Of a stretch of 64,000 bases of DNA, positions 42,134 to 52,540 are shown in pieces (position 1 is the first letter of the stretch; every line of letters begins with the position of its first letter). Origin of the DNA: an uncultured Verrucomicrobiae bacterium (GTDB taxonomy: Bacteria; Verrucomicrobiota; Verrucomicrobiia; Chthoniobacterales; UBA10450); contig CAVWPA010000003.1 in NCBI GenBank assembly GCA_963756875.1, positions 1,152,001 to 1,216,000 of the forward strand, given 5' to 3'. A program made the translations under genes and the position numbers. The notes beneath the pieces were generated by a model. That model ran no database searches. It was not told the origin of the DNA and was given only the letters and a program-made list of their open reading frames with translations.

Positions 42134-42541
42134 CTACTTTTTAACAATCTCAGCGTTCTCGATCATGCTGATACCGTCGCGCTCCACCACCTTGCCTTTG
42201 ACGGTAATCGTTTTGGCCGCGTACGGCGCAAGCTCGGCATTCATCGGCTTGTGATCGCCAATGATGATATAGGTTTTGTCCCCGCTCTTGATGCCGACCG
42301 GGCCGCCGCTCTTGATGCATTTCTCCGCACAGGCCGCATGTTTCTCACCGCTGGCGCCGTGATCGATGTAACACATCATATCGAGGACTTCACCGGTGAT
42401 TTCCTGCGTTCCGGCGGCATCGGACTTTTCCTTGCTTGGCTCTGCTGCAAGCGCAAGCGGGGACAAGACCATACCCGCACTGAACGCTACGACCACGGCT
42501 GCTTTCAGAATGCCGGGTTTGTTTGTTGTTGAATTAAACAT
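42134..42541 (-). CDS. Exported Cys/His-motif hypothetical protein
   Basis: Signal peptide; GEVLDMMCY...HAACAEKCIKSG. Confidence 0.75.
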   Translation of the reverse strand: MFNSTTNKPGILKAAVVVAFSAGMVLSPLALAAEPSKEKSDAAGTQEITGEVLDMMCYIDHGASGEKHAACAEKCIKSGGPVGIKSGDKTYIIIGDHKPMNAELAPYAAKTITVKGKVVERDGISMIENAEIVKK

Positions 42542-42626
42542 GAGAGGAATCTCTGCCCATTTCCCATGCGGTCAAGAAGATCGGACGTGCGGCCGCACTC
42601 GACATAGCAAAAAGTAAGAGCGCGCC

Positions 42627-43769
42627 TTACTTTTGCTTCTCGATCAGGTCGGCAAATTGCGAGAAGAAATAGGAGGCGTCGTGTGGGCCCGGCGCGGCTT
42701 CGGGGTGATATTGCACGCTGAAAATCGGCAATTCCTTGTGGCGCATTCCTTCCACGGTTCCGTCGTTCAAGTTAATGTGCGTGACTTCCACATTTGACGG
42801 CAACGATTTCGGATCGACCGCGAACCCATGATTCTGCGCGGTGATCGCCACCTTGCCGCTCCGCAAATCTTTCACCGGCTGGTTTGCGCCGCGATGCCCG
42901 AATTTCAGTTTGAAGGTCGATCCGCCAAAAGCGAAGCCAAGGATCTGATGTCCGAGACAGATTCCGAAGATCGGCTTCTTTCCCATCAAATCGTGCACCG
43001 TCTTGTGAGCGTACGGAAGCGCCGCCGGATCCCCCGGACCGTTCGACAGGAAGATACCGTCCGGATTAAGCGCGAGCACTTCCTTGGCGGTCGTCGATGC
43101 GGGAACAACGGTCACCCCAAAGCCTTTTTGCCGGAGCAATCGCAAAATATTTTGTTTGATTCCGTAATCGTAAGCCGCAACGCGAAACCGAATCGGCGGC
43201 AATTTCGGTTGATCTCCTCCATTGCCGGGCCCGACCGACCACGGGGCGCTTAGCTTGTCTTCGGGGTCCCATTGATAAATTTCCGGCGTGGAAACTTCGC
43301 GCACGTAATCCATTCCGATGACGCCCTCGCCCTCGATTGCGCGTCGCACCGCGTCGTCGATCGACATTTCATCGGTCGTCAGGCAGGCTTTCATTGCGCC
43401 GCGCGTGCGCAGGTGCCGCGTTAACGCGCGTGTATCGATTCCCTGTACCCCGGGGACGTCCCATTTTTGCAGATATTCCTCGAGCGACATCTCCGAACGC
43501 CAGTTGCTCGGGCTCTGGCTCAATTCTTCAATGACGAATCCGCGCACGTGCGGCGAGCGGCTTTCCTGGTCGAGCGCATTTGTTCCGTAGTTGCCGATGA
43601 GCGGATAAGTCATCGCCACGATCTGGCCGCGATAAGATGGGTCGGTCAGCACTTCCTGATAACCGGTCATCGCGGTGTTGAAACAGATTTCACCGATGCG
43701 CGTGCCGGTCGCGCCAAACGATTGGCCCTCGAAGTGACGGCCGTCTTCCAGGGCGAGAATTGCTTTCAT
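42627..43769 (-). CDS. carA: Carbamoyl-phosphate synthase small subunit
   Basis: [28 protein letters not shown]. Confidence 0.96.
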   Translation of the reverse strand: MKAILALEDGRHFEGQSFGATGTRIGEICFNTAMTGYQEVLTDPSYRGQIVAMTYPLIGNYGTNALDQESRSPHVRGFVIEELSQSPSNWRSEMSLEEYLQKWDVPGVQGIDTRALTRHLRTRGAMKACLTTDEMSIDDAVRRAIEGEGVIGMDYVREVSTPEIYQWDPEDKLSAPWSVGPGNGGDQPKLPPIRFRVAAYDYGIKQNILRLLRQKGFGVTVVPASTTAKEVLALNPDGIFLSNGPGDPAALPYAHKTVHDLMGKKPIFGICLGHQILGFAFGGSTFKLKFGHRGANQPVKDLRSGKVAITAQNHGFAVDPKSLPSNVEVTHINLNDGTVEGMRHKELPIFSVQYHPEAAPGPHDASYFFSQFADLIEKQK

Positions 43770-44040
43770 TAGTCTAAAAACGCCCAACGTTCAACGCTCA
43801 ACGGCCAACGCTCAACCAAAATGTAGTGAGGAATTATCCGCTAAACACGCCAAATAACGCTAAAGAAAAGATAAAGTTTCTGATCCTCTGAATTTTTCGC
43901 GTCTTTTAGCGTATTTGGCGGATCCTCTCTCTCTTACTTCGCCTTAAAGATCTGCGCCAAAATTCGCGCCTGCCGCGCCGTAGTCTTGCGAAGGCGGGTG
44001 ATTCGCGGGAAATTTCCGAAAGATTTAACGCTTCAAGGAA

Positions 44041-44073
44041 AAAGCCCGGATCGAAGGATCGATCCGGGCTTTT
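44041..44073 (-). terminator. Intrinsic terminator (bidirectional-like)
   Basis: AAAGCCCGGATCG-AAGGAT-CGATCCGGGCTTT hairpin with A/T tails, just downstream of the putative 6S RNA. Confidence 0.8.
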
Positions 44074-44080
44074 AAATTTT

Positions 44081-44233
44081 TACCCCGCCGATGCCGTTTA
44101 GGTGAATCTCCCGTCCCTTTTGGGTAACGGGCGGATGACCGTCGCCGGAGCGTCTGACTTCCAACTAAGGCATGTCATGTTCTCCGAAGTGCGACCCAGC
44201 CTCCTTTGGTTATTCAAGTATCGGTTCGGGGAT
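44081..44233 (-). ncRNA. ssrS: Probable 6S RNA
   Basis: Ends pair (CCCCG-AA-CCGAT / ATCGG-CGGGG; TGAAT/ATTCA), giving a rod with an internal bubble. Lies downstream of pheT and is followed by a terminator. Confidence 0.65.
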
Positions 44234-44360
44234 CACACCTGGAATCTCGTACATCGCAGGGTAAATTTTTCGAAAGTCGCCGGTCGAGAGTTGAGAGAAA
44301 AACACTGGTTTCCTGCCCAACCCTCAACGGACGACTCTCACTTTCAAAGAACTATTAGAA

Positions 44361-46733
44361 CTATTCGCGCAATTCTGCGCCGAGTTCGCGCCGCAAGCGT
44401 TCGCGAATTCTCGCGTGCGCTGCGGCTACTTCCTCGTTCGTCAGTGTGCGATTCCGGTCACGGTATGTCAATCTATATGCGAGCGACTTTCGCGCCGCTC
44501 CCAATTGTTCTTTCTCTGTTCCCGTAAAGACATCGAAAAATTCGACCCGTTCCAACAGCGGCTCCTTCGGATGCAAAATTAGCTTCCATATTTCTTCGTG
44601 GGTCAACTCATCAGGAACAATCATGGCGATGTCGCGCGTGATCGCCGGGAATTTCCCAAATTCACGGAAAGTTGCGCGCGATCCCTGGCCGCGAAGCGGG
44701 AAATCGAGCGACACTTCCGCAACGAAAACATTGCCAGATGCATCGATTTTCGAAGCAAGTGAATTCGATAACCGGCCGGCCAATCCGATTAGTTCATTAC
44801 CTGCGCTTACCTCTGCAGCGAGAGCAAAGTGATCGTGCTGGCTGCGGCGGAAGGATAGCGCATCGATCCTTGCTAACTCGAGCGCACCTTTGAGATCGAA
44901 GAAATCGAGCTGACGCTTGTCGCTTCTCCAATGAACCTGGCCACCGACAGCCCCCCAAAGAAGAATGGCGACACGCTTTTTCTCTGCGCCGCTTGGAGGT
45001 TCGAAGACCCTGCCTATTTCAAAGATGGCAACCCGGTCTGCTCCGCCGCGAATATTGCGGTCAAGAACACCTAACAATCCCGCCAATAAAGTGGGCCGCA
45101 ACGCGACATGATCCTCAGTCAGCGGATTGCGCAACTTGATGGCGTTTTCGCCGAACGCGAATCCTTCTCGCGGAAGCAATTTTGAAGTGCGCACTTCGCT
45201 GAGGCCGGCGGCCGCAAATCGTTCGCGCAAGAGAGACTCGAGATCATGTGCATGGTCCGCCGCGCTCGATGGCGTGAAGCGGCTGCGGTCCGTGCCGGCA
45301 ATTTTGTTAACGCCGTAGGTGCGGACAATTTCCTCGACCAAATCGACATCGCGCTGCAGGTCCCGCCGATAACTCGGAATTTTCCATATTCCTTTGCCTC
45401 CACTCTCCTTTTTCGCCTTGGTTAAGCCCGATTTGCTTTTGCTCAATCCAAATCGCTCGAGAATTTGGTCGGCGGTTTTCGGCTGGATTGCGAGCCCCAG
45501 AACCTGATTGCACTTTTCGTAATTTAGAGAAACGTCGCCAGGATTCGGCGGCAGTTCTCCCGCCACGCGAATTTCTTTCGCCGGAGTTCCGCCGGCGATT
45601 TCGCGAATCAGTTCTGTCGCACGATCTGACGCGCGCAAGACCATTCCCGGATCGACCCCGCGTTCGAAGCGATAGCTCGCGTCGCTCGGCAAACTTAGAT
45701 TACGCGCCGTTCGTCGAACGCTCGCAGGCGAGAAGCAGGCGCTTTCCAATAAAATACTCCTTGTCGGTTGAGTTACGCCGGTTTCCTCGCCTCCCATGAC
45801 TCCTGCGATCCCAACCGCGCGTTCTTCATCGGCGACCACGAGGTTCTCTTTCTTCAGCGAATAGGTTTTGCCATCGAGAGCGAGAAATTTTTCTCCATCA
45901 TGGGCCAGGCGCACATTGATGCCGCCTTTCAACTTGTCAGCATCGAACGCATGCGTCGGCTGCCCCAGCTCGAGCATCACAAAATTCGAGACGTCAACGA
46001 TGTTGTTGATGGAGCGGATCCCGACAGATTCGATTTTTGCGCGCAACCAGGCGGGGCTTGGTCCGACCTTTACATTATCGATCCTGCGCGCGGAGAAAAA
46101 CGGACATTCGCTAGGCGCGGCAATCTTCACACCGGACGCTTTAGTGGCCGCCGTCCCCGGCGGCAGCTGTGCGTGCAGCTTTCCGCCCGTTAGCGCCGCG
46201 ATCTCCCGCGCGAGGCCGTAATGACTGAGCAAATCGCCACGGTTCGGCGTGATCTCCACGTCAAGAATCGTGTCGTCCGGAAAAAGATCGGCGATGGGGG
46301 CGCCAATCTTTGCGTCGGGCGACAGGATCAGCAGGCCGGCGGCATCCTCCGAGAGGCCGAGCTCTTTTCCGCTGCACAGCATTCCTTCGCTTTCGACGCC
46401 GCGCAGTTTGCTTTTCCGAATCTCCAAACCATTCGGCAAACGCGCGCCCGGCAATGCCAGCGGCACTTTATCGCCCACCTTGTAATTGGTCGCGCCACAA
46501 ACTATTTGCCGTTTCGTTCCGCTCCCGTCGTCGACTTCGCAAACCGTCAGACGATCGGCATTCGGATGACGCGATGAAGCGGCGATCTGCGCGACCGTCA
46601 CCTGATCGATATTCGCCCCGCGTTGCTCGATCCCTTCGATCTCGATCCCGGCGAGCGTGAGCAATTCCGCAAGCTCATCGACACTCGCGGGGGCGTCGAC
46701 AAATTCGCGGAGCCAGTTAACGGAGAATTTCAT
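44361..46733 (-). CDS. pheT: Phenylalanyl-tRNA synthetase beta subunit
   Basis: HPNADRL, ITPNRGD, RFERGVD, FDX-ACB C-terminus. Confidence 0.97.
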   Translation of the reverse strand: MKFSVNWLREFVDAPASVDELAELLTLAGIEIEGIEQRGANIDQVTVAQIAASSRHPNADRLTVCEVDDGSGTKRQIVCGATNYKVGDKVPLALPGARLPNGLEIRKSKLRGVESEGMLCSGKELGLSEDAAGLLILSPDAKIGAPIADLFPDDTILDVEITPNRGDLLSHYGLAREIAALTGGKLHAQLPPGTAATKASGVKIAAPSECPFFSARRIDNVKVGPSPAWLRAKIESVGIRSINNIVDVSNFVMLELGQPTHAFDADKLKGGINVRLAHDGEKFLALDGKTYSLKKENLVVADEERAVGIAGVMGGEETGVTQPTRSILLESACFSPASVRRTARNLSLPSDASYRFERGVDPGMVLRASDRATELIREIAGGTPAKEIRVAGELPPNPGDVSLNYEKCNQVLGLAIQPKTADQILERFGLSKSKSGLTKAKKESGGKGIWKIPSYRRDLQRDVDLVEEIVRTYGVNKIAGTDRSRFTPSSAADHAHDLESLLRERFAAAGLSEVRTSKLLPREGFAFGENAIKLRNPLTEDHVALRPTLLAGLLGVLDRNIRGGADRVAIFEIGRVFEPPSGAEKKRVAILLWGAVGGQVHWRSDKRQLDFFDLKGALELARIDALSFRRSQHDHFALAAEVSAGNELIGLAGRLSNSLASKIDASGNVFVAEVSLDFPLRGQGSRATFREFGKFPAITRDIAMIVPDELTHEEIWKLILHPKEPLLERVEFFDVFTGTEKEQLGAARKSLAYRLTYRDRNRTLTNEEVAAAHARIRERLRRELGAELRE

Positions 46734-46737
46734 ATCC

Positions 46738-46871
46738 GGGGAGCGGACGCGCCCTCGCGTGCACCGTTCGTCGCCTCGCCGAACGGAATGAAAAGAACAA
46801 AAGAGTTTCCGGCGAGGGCGCCGGAAGTCCGAGCCGGACTGGCGTTAGCACGCGAGGCGCGTGCGCTCCCC
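46738..46871. repeat. REP-like inverted doublet, family A
   Basis: GGGGAGCGGACGCGCCCTCGCGTGC ... GCACGCGAGGCGCGTGCGCTCCCC between pheS and pheT. Confidence 0.85.
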
Positions 46872-46893
46872 GGAATTGAGAATCTCGCGAGGT

Positions 46894-47910
46894 TCATGCG
46901 AACTGCCTTAAAAACCGCAGATCGTTCTGCGCAAACAGCCGGATGTCCGGGATGTCGAACAGGATCATGGCCAGCCGGTCCATACCGAGACCGAAAGCAA
47001 ATCCGCTCCATTTTTCCGGATCGTAAGCGTTGTCGCGGCGCGCCTTGTTTACTTCTTCAAAAACGGCCGGGTGCACCATTCCGGAACCGGCCACCTCGAT
47101 CCACTGCTCGCCGCCCTTGAGCGCCTTCGAGCGCACGTCGATTTCGAAACTCGGTTCAGTGAACGGAAAATAATGCGGACGAAAACGGACCGCGGTTTCC
47201 GGCCCGAAAAGTTCGTGAAAGAAAAATTCGAGCGCGCCTTTCAAATCCGCGACACTGACATTTGCATCAACATAGAGACCTTCGATCTGGTGAAATTGCG
47301 CGCTGTGAGTCGCGTCTACTTCGTCGCGTCGATAGGCGGCGCCTGGAGCAATTACCCGGATTGGTGGAGGCGCAGCTTGCATGGCGCGGATCTGCACAGT
47401 CGACGTGTGCGTACGGAGCAAGCGTCCGTCCGGCAGATAAAATGTGTCCTGTTCGTTGCGCGCCGGATGATCGGACGGCGTGTTCAGCGCATCGAAGCAG
47501 TGCCATTCCGTTTCAATATCCGGCCCGTCGGCAAGCGCGAAACCCATCCGCCGAAAAATGGCGATCCCGCGCTCGAGCATTTGGGTGAGGGGATGTAAAG
47601 AGCCGAGTTCGACCGGCGTTCCGGGCAATGAGATGTCGGTGCGGCCGAGCGCCGCGCGTTCCGCTTCGGAGCGAAGTTTTCCGGCGCGTTCCTCGATTGT
47701 CGCGGTGACTGCATTGCGGATCTGATTGAGTAATTTTCCGACGACCGGTTTTTCGTCGGCGCTCAGCGATTTCATGCGATCGCCCCATGCCGAGATGCTG
47801 CCGTTGCGGCCCAGGTATTTTACGCGCGCGGCTTCGAGCGATTTCTCATCGCCGGCCGATTCGACTTCGCGCAGCGCTTCGTCGCGCAGTTGTTCGAGCG
47901 GATGGTTCAT
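46894..47910 (-). CDS. pheS: Phenylalanyl-tRNA synthetase alpha subunit
   Basis: HPAR..QDTF, LRTHTS, FPFTEPS, GFAFGLGMDR. Confidence 0.97.
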   Translation of the reverse strand: MNHPLEQLRDEALREVESAGDEKSLEAARVKYLGRNGSISAWGDRMKSLSADEKPVVGKLLNQIRNAVTATIEERAGKLRSEAERAALGRTDISLPGTPVELGSLHPLTQMLERGIAIFRRMGFALADGPDIETEWHCFDALNTPSDHPARNEQDTFYLPDGRLLRTHTSTVQIRAMQAAPPPIRVIAPGAAYRRDEVDATHSAQFHQIEGLYVDANVSVADLKGALEFFFHELFGPETAVRFRPHYFPFTEPSFEIDVRSKALKGGEQWIEVAGSGMVHPAVFEEVNKARRDNAYDPEKWSGFAFGLGMDRLAMILFDIPDIRLFAQNDLRFLRQFA

Positions 47911-47969
47911 GGAACGAAGCAAACGTTGAACGTCCAACGCCCAACGTTCAACGTTCAATTCAGAGAATT

Positions 47970-48027
47970 GTAGGGCAGGCGCATCGCCTGCCTGGGTCGA
48001 ATCGGCAAGCGGAGCGCTTGCCCTACA
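47970..48027. repeat. GTAG-type REP doublet
   Basis: GTAGGGCAGGCGCATCGCCTGCC ... GGCAAGCGGAGCGCTTGCCCTACA; degenerate relative at about 27596-27651. Confidence 0.8.
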
Positions 48028-48042
48028 ACAGCAATCGAAATA

Positions 48043-48420
48043 TTACGCGGCCTTTTTGTTTTTCTTTTCCAGCGCGCTCTTCGCTTGTTCGACAATCGAC
48101 TTGAAAGCGGCGGCGTCGGTCACGGCGAGATCGGCGAGGATCTTGCGATCAAGCCCAATGCCGGCCGCTTTGAGCCCTTCGGCGAAACGGCTGTAAGTCA
48201 TTCCGTTTGCGCGGGCGGCCGCGTTCAAGCGTTGGATCCAAAGATAGCGAAAAGTGCGTTTGCGTGTCTTGCGATCGCGATACGACCAGTACTGGCCCTT
48301 CATTGTCGCGTCTTTCGCGTAACGGAAAAGTTTGGACCGGCGTCCGCGGTAACCTTTGGCTTTTTTAATGACGCGTTTGCGTCGCGCACGGCTGGCCGGC
48401 GCGTTGGTGGCTCTTGGCAT
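48043..48420 (-). CDS. rplT: 50S ribosomal protein L20
   Basis: [38 protein letters not shown]. Confidence 0.97.
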   Translation of the reverse strand: MPRATNAPASRARRKRVIKKAKGYRGRRSKLFRYAKDATMKGQYWSYRDRKTRKRTFRYLWIQRLNAAARANGMTYSRFAEGLKAAGIGLDRKILADLAVTDAAAFKSIVEQAKSALEKKNKKAA

Positions 48421-48651
48421 GTTGTTTCGCCCCCGCCGTGGCGGGGACTCCTCCTTCAGCGAGCTGTTGTTTCCTTCTCGATCCTTCCGACCTCGCTCGC
48501 CGATTTAGTCCCGCAGACGCGGGACAGGTGGAAAGATTTTGTGGGCACAGAAGTTAGGCGGCCCATCTCAAATGACAAATAATTTCCTGCGTTCAGCCTT
48601 CCTTCGACATTCGGCATTCGTGCTTCGGCATTTTCTGGTATAATCCTGCGC

Positions 48652-50784
48652 ATGCATTGGCTCAACCGCCACAGGTTGGTGATTCTCGTCGCGATTTGCG
48701 CGCTGTGGACGGTTCTGATCCTGACAGCCCATTTTTTCCCGACAGTTCCCTTTATTTCCACGCCCTGGCGCAGTGAGCAGGGTTTTGAGGATTTGCTCCG
48801 GCGCGAGGGCCGCAAGACAGCGACCCGTCCGGACTTCGTCTTCGTAGGCATCGACCAAAGCACGCTGGAATTTCAGCCTTTCGACCCCGAGCAGATGGCA
48901 AACAATCGTGCTTTGCAATTGATGGCGGCACAGACTTATCCATGGTCGCGGGAAGTCTGGGCGCTCCTGCTCGACCGTTTATGCAATGCCGGCGCGCGGC
49001 TGGTGATGTTCGACGTTAGTTTCGATAAGGCACGCGAGGGGGATGCGGAGTTTCGCGCCGCCTTGGATCGTTATCGCGACAAAGTTGTCATTGCGGCGAA
49101 CTTCGACTTATCGGCCGTCGGTGACAAAGGCGGCATGGCGCTGAACGTGCCGCCGAATGCAGACCTGATCCCGCCGCCTCAAATGGAAGACGATCGCGTC
49201 GGTTACGCCGTATTTTTCCCCGACCCGCTGGATAAAAGAATCCGCTCGATTCGTTATACGCTGACCGATTTGCAACTGGCGGGCCAGATGCCCCTGCGTG
49301 GTGAGAAGCCGTATGAAGCCCTCAGCGCGCGCGCGCTGGAAAAACTCGGCCACGCCGCGGATGTGCCGCGCGATCTGGAGCCGCACCTGATGCGGTTCAG
49401 CTCCGCCGACGCTTACCAGCCTCATCCGCTTTGGGAAATCTTCGATAACAAAATCTGGCATGCCAATTACGGCGATGGCGCTTTCTTTAAAAATAAGATC
49501 GTCGTCGTTGGCGCGTCATCGCAGATTGCCCATGACGTTTTCGATACGGCGATCAGTCCCGAGACACCGGGACCAACGTTGCACTTGTACGCGCTGGCTG
49601 CGGCTCTGGAGCGTCAATTCTTGTACAACACGCCGCTCTGGGTCGATTTTGCGACGATTGTTTGTGCCGGCATTTTTTCCTGGGTGGTCGTCGCTTTTGT
49701 CCGGCGTCCGTTCCTCTGTTTCGTCGTGCTGCTCGGTATTGGCGCGGCATATCTGGGGGCAGCGCGGATTCTCTACGATCGACTGGGGCTGTTCATCATG
49801 GTGGTGCCGACTCTCAGCGCTTTCCTGGGCGGTGGGATCTCCGGGCTCGGTTTCGAGTACACGCTGGAGCGCCTGGAAAAACTGCGCACCCGGCGCACTC
49901 TGGAGCGTTATGTCTCCAAAAATCTGGTGAAGGAGATTCTCGATAACCCGGGTGGCTTTTACAGTTCCATGCTGGGATCGCGCAAACCGGTAACGGTGCT
50001 TTTTTCCGACCTGGTTGGCTTTACGAGTTTGACTGAGTACGCCGATCCGGTCTCGCTGGTTAACCAGCTAAACGAGTATCTGAGCTGCATGGTGCCGCAT
50101 GTTTTCGATAATGGCGGCACGCTCGACAAATTCATTGGCGACGCAATCATGGCGGTTTGGGGAAATGTGAGCAGCCACGGCGCTGCGGCAGATGCGAAGT
50201 CGGCCGTGACCGCGGCGCTCGGTATGCGGGCGGCGCTGTTGAAGCTTAATGAAAAATGGCGCGCCGAAGGCAAAAAGGAGCTGCACTTCGGTGTTGGCAT
50301 CAACCACGGCGACGCAGTCGTGGGAAACATCGGCTCGTACGAACCGCACGAACGGCTCGATCCGACGGTCATTGGGGATGCAGTCAATCTCGCTTCGCGC
50401 CTCGAAGGGTTGACGCGAATTTACGGTGTCGACATTCTGCTCGGCGAGGCGGCGGCCGATATGGTGCGCGATCAATTTCACCTGCGAACAGTGGCGCGCG
50501 CTCAGGTGAAGGGGAAAACAAAACCGGTTGACGTTTGCACTCTGGTCGGCGCGCGAGATGAAAATGTTGATCCGGAGCTTTTGAAATGGCTCGAAGTGTA
50601 CGAAGAAGCCATTCGCCGGTTCCGCGACCGCGATTTTGCGCAGGCGAAGATTCTGTTTTCGCGGTTTCTCGAATTCTATCCCGAGGACAATCTGGCCAAG
50701 ATGTATTTGGAGCGAGCTCTCGAGTACGAACAAGTCCCACCGGACCCGGCCTGGAACGCGGTGGAGGTGTTTAAGAAGAAATAG
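48652..50784 (+). CDS. CHASE2-domain class III adenylate cyclase
   Basis: CHASE2 (YPWSR, FD), 3 TMs, FSDLVGFT, KFIGDAIMA, TVIGDAVNLASRLE, TPR-like tail. Confidence 0.92.
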   Translation: MHWLNRHRLVILVAICALWTVLILTAHFFPTVPFISTPWRSEQGFEDLLRREGRKTATRPDFVFVGIDQSTLEFQPFDPEQMANNRALQLMAAQTYPWSREVWALLLDRLCNAGARLVMFDVSFDKAREGDAEFRAALDRYRDKVVIAANFDLSAVGDKGGMALNVPPNADLIPPPQMEDDRVGYAVFFPDPLDKRIRSIRYTLTDLQLAGQMPLRGEKPYEALSARALEKLGHAADVPRDLEPHLMRFSSADAYQPHPLWEIFDNKIWHANYGDGAFFKNKIVVVGASSQIAHDVFDTAISPETPGPTLHLYALAAALERQFLYNTPLWVDFATIVCAGIFSWVVVAFVRRPFLCFVVLLGIGAAYLGAARILYDRLGLFIMVVPTLSAFLGGGISGLGFEYTLERLEKLRTRRTLERYVSKNLVKEILDNPGGFYSSMLGSRKPVTVLFSDLVGFTSLTEYADPVSLVNQLNEYLSCMVPHVFDNGGTLDKFIGDAIMAVWGNVSSHGAAADAKSAVTAALGMRAALLKLNEKWRAEGKKELHFGVGINHGDAVVGNIGSYEPHERLDPTVIGDAVNLASRLEGLTRIYGVDILLGEAAADMVRDQFHLRTVARAQVKGKTKPVDVCTLVGARDENVDPELLKWLEVYEEAIRRFRDRDFAQAKILFSRFLEFYPEDNLAKMYLERALEYEQVPPDPAWNAVEVFKKK

Positions 50785-50915
50785 AAAATGATCCGCCAAA
50801 CACGCCAAATGACGCCAAAAAAGAACTGACTCGAGATGGTCCAATCTCCTGCTCCGAACTTTTCGCGTTTTTTGGCGTCATTTGGCGGAGGTTCTTCGGC
50901 TGCGGCGGAATCGCA

Positions 50916-51096
50916 TTAGAACCCATCTCATAAACAAGGAATGAGTGCTTAGCCCCCAGGGTTGCGGTTCTTTGTCGCCGCAGCGGCGTTGCTCGTCGGT
51001 CAAAGATCCATGAAGGATATTCTTCCTCCTCGCGCCTTGCTGCCGCGCCAAATCTCCAGCAACGCAGCCGTTCCCTATTTATGAGATGGGTTCTAA
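50916..51096. mobile_element. MITE-like element with perfect 19-bp terminal inverted repeats
   Basis: TTAGAACCCATCTCATAAA (50916-50934) and TTTATGAGATGGGTTCTAA (51078-51096); no transposase inside. Confidence 0.8.
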
Positions 51097-51136
51097 GCAA
51101 TCCGTGGTTTGTTTTTTCCTTAGCTGAGCGTAAAGA

Positions 51137-52540
51137 ATGCGCGTGACGAAAAACGCGCCGCAGCATTTTCATTTCCTCGGGATTTGCGGTACGGCGATGG
51201 GGGCGGTGGCGGCTGCTCTCGCGGAGCGCGGGTTCGAGGTCACCGGTTCGGACGAGAACATTTACCCGCCGATATCGACTTTTCTCGAAAAGAAAGGCAT
51301 TGCGCTCAAGGAAGGCTTTCGAGCGGAAAATATCCCGGCCGGCGCAGACGTGGTGGTGGTCGGCAACGCGATCAAGCGGGGGAATCCGGAAGCGGAAGCG
51401 GTGCTGAACCGCAAACTTTTTTATCTCTCGCTGCCGGAAGTTTTGAAAAACTATTTTCTGCGCGGCAAACACAATCTGGTGGTCACCGGCACGCACGGGA
51501 AAACAACGACCACAGCCTTGCTCGCATGGATCATGGAGAAGGCAGGACTTAAACCCGGCTATCTCATCGGTGGAATACCGAAAAATCTCGGCCAAGGCGC
51601 CCGGTTGAACGACTCAAAATATTTCGTGATCGAAGGGGACGAATACGACAGCGCCTTTTTCGACAAGCGCTCCAAATTTCTTCATTACCTGCCCGAATTG
51701 CTGATCGTAAACAACATCGAGTTCGATCATGCCGACATCTTCAATAATCTTGACGAGATCAAGCTGAGCTTTCGGCGGCTTCTCAATATCGTGCCGCAAA
51801 ACGGAATGGTCCTGGTGAACGGCGACGATCCCAATTGCGTGGAGGTGGCGCGGGATTGCCTGGCGCAAATGGTCGAGGTCGGCTTTTCAAAGAACTGCGC
51901 GCAACGGATTCGCGCTGTGGCTTATTCGACCGATGGATCCCGGTTTACGCTTGGCGAAGAGACTTTTGAGATCCCGCTGGTTGGCGAGTTCAATGTGCGC
52001 AATGCCGCAATGGCTGTGACCGCCGCGGGATTTTACGATGTTCCCAAAGCGACGATCGATCGAGCGCTGAAAAGTTTCTCGGGAATCGCGCGGCGCCAGG
52101 AATTGCGGGGCGAAGCAGCCGGCGTAAAAGTGATCGACGACTTCGGGCACCATCCCACGGCGATCTCGAAAACGCTGCAGTCGCTGAGGCACCGGTTTCC
52201 TGGTCATCGGCTTTGGGCGATTTTCGAACCGCGGTCGAACACAACCCGGCGCTCGGTTTTCCAGCATGAACTGCCCGAAGCGCTGAAATCGGCGGACGGG
52301 GTCTTCATTGCCCAGGTGGCCAGGCTCGAACAGATCCCGCCGGCGGAACGATTAAACCCTGATGCAGTGATAAAGGAAATCGTGCAATCGGGCCGGCCCG
52401 CGTTTTATGAAGCCAATGCGGACGCGATTATTGAGAAGATTACCCCATTGCTGCGGCCCCAAGACGTCGTGGTTGTGTTTAGCAATGGTGGATTCGACAA
52501 CATCCACGAGAAGTTGCTCGCGCGATTGCGCGCCCTGTAG
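51137..52540 (+). CDS. mpl: Murein peptide ligase
   Basis: HFLGICGTAMG, GTHGKTTT, EGDEYDSAFFDKRSKF, DDFGHHPT, FEPRSNT. Confidence 0.93.
   Translation: MRVTKNAPQHFHFLGICGTAMGAVAAALAERGFEVTGSDENIYPPISTFLEKKGIALKEGFRAENIPAGADVVVVGNAIKRGNPEAEAVLNRKLFYLSLPEVLKNYFLRGKHNLVVTGTHGKTTTTALLAWIMEKAGLKPGYLIGGIPKNLGQGARLNDSKYFVIEGDEYDSAFFDKRSKFLHYLPELLIVNNIEFDHADIFNNLDEIKLSFRRLLNIVPQNGMVLVNGDDPNCVEVARDCLAQMVEVGFSKNCAQRIRAVAYSTDGSRFTLGEETFEIPLVGEFNVRNAAMAVTAAGFYDVPKATIDRALKSFSGIARRQELRGEAAGVKVIDDFGHHPTAISKTLQSLRHRFPGHRLWAIFEPRSNTTRRSVFQHELPEALKSADGVFIAQVARLEQIPPAERLNPDAVIKEIVQSGRPAFYEANADAIIEKITPLLRPQDVVVVFSNGGFDNIHEKLLARLRAL

Noticed and set aside
46730..47011. Similar short ORFs (GSARASRA..SGALAGN) at 3272, 46730 and 58812 suggesting a peptide family
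   Set aside because: The similarity comes from translating family-A repeats.
48652..50784. Cyclase as part of an anti-phage system (Pycsar/CBASS)
   Set aside because: It has an ordinary CHASE2 sensor architecture and no effector gene next to it.
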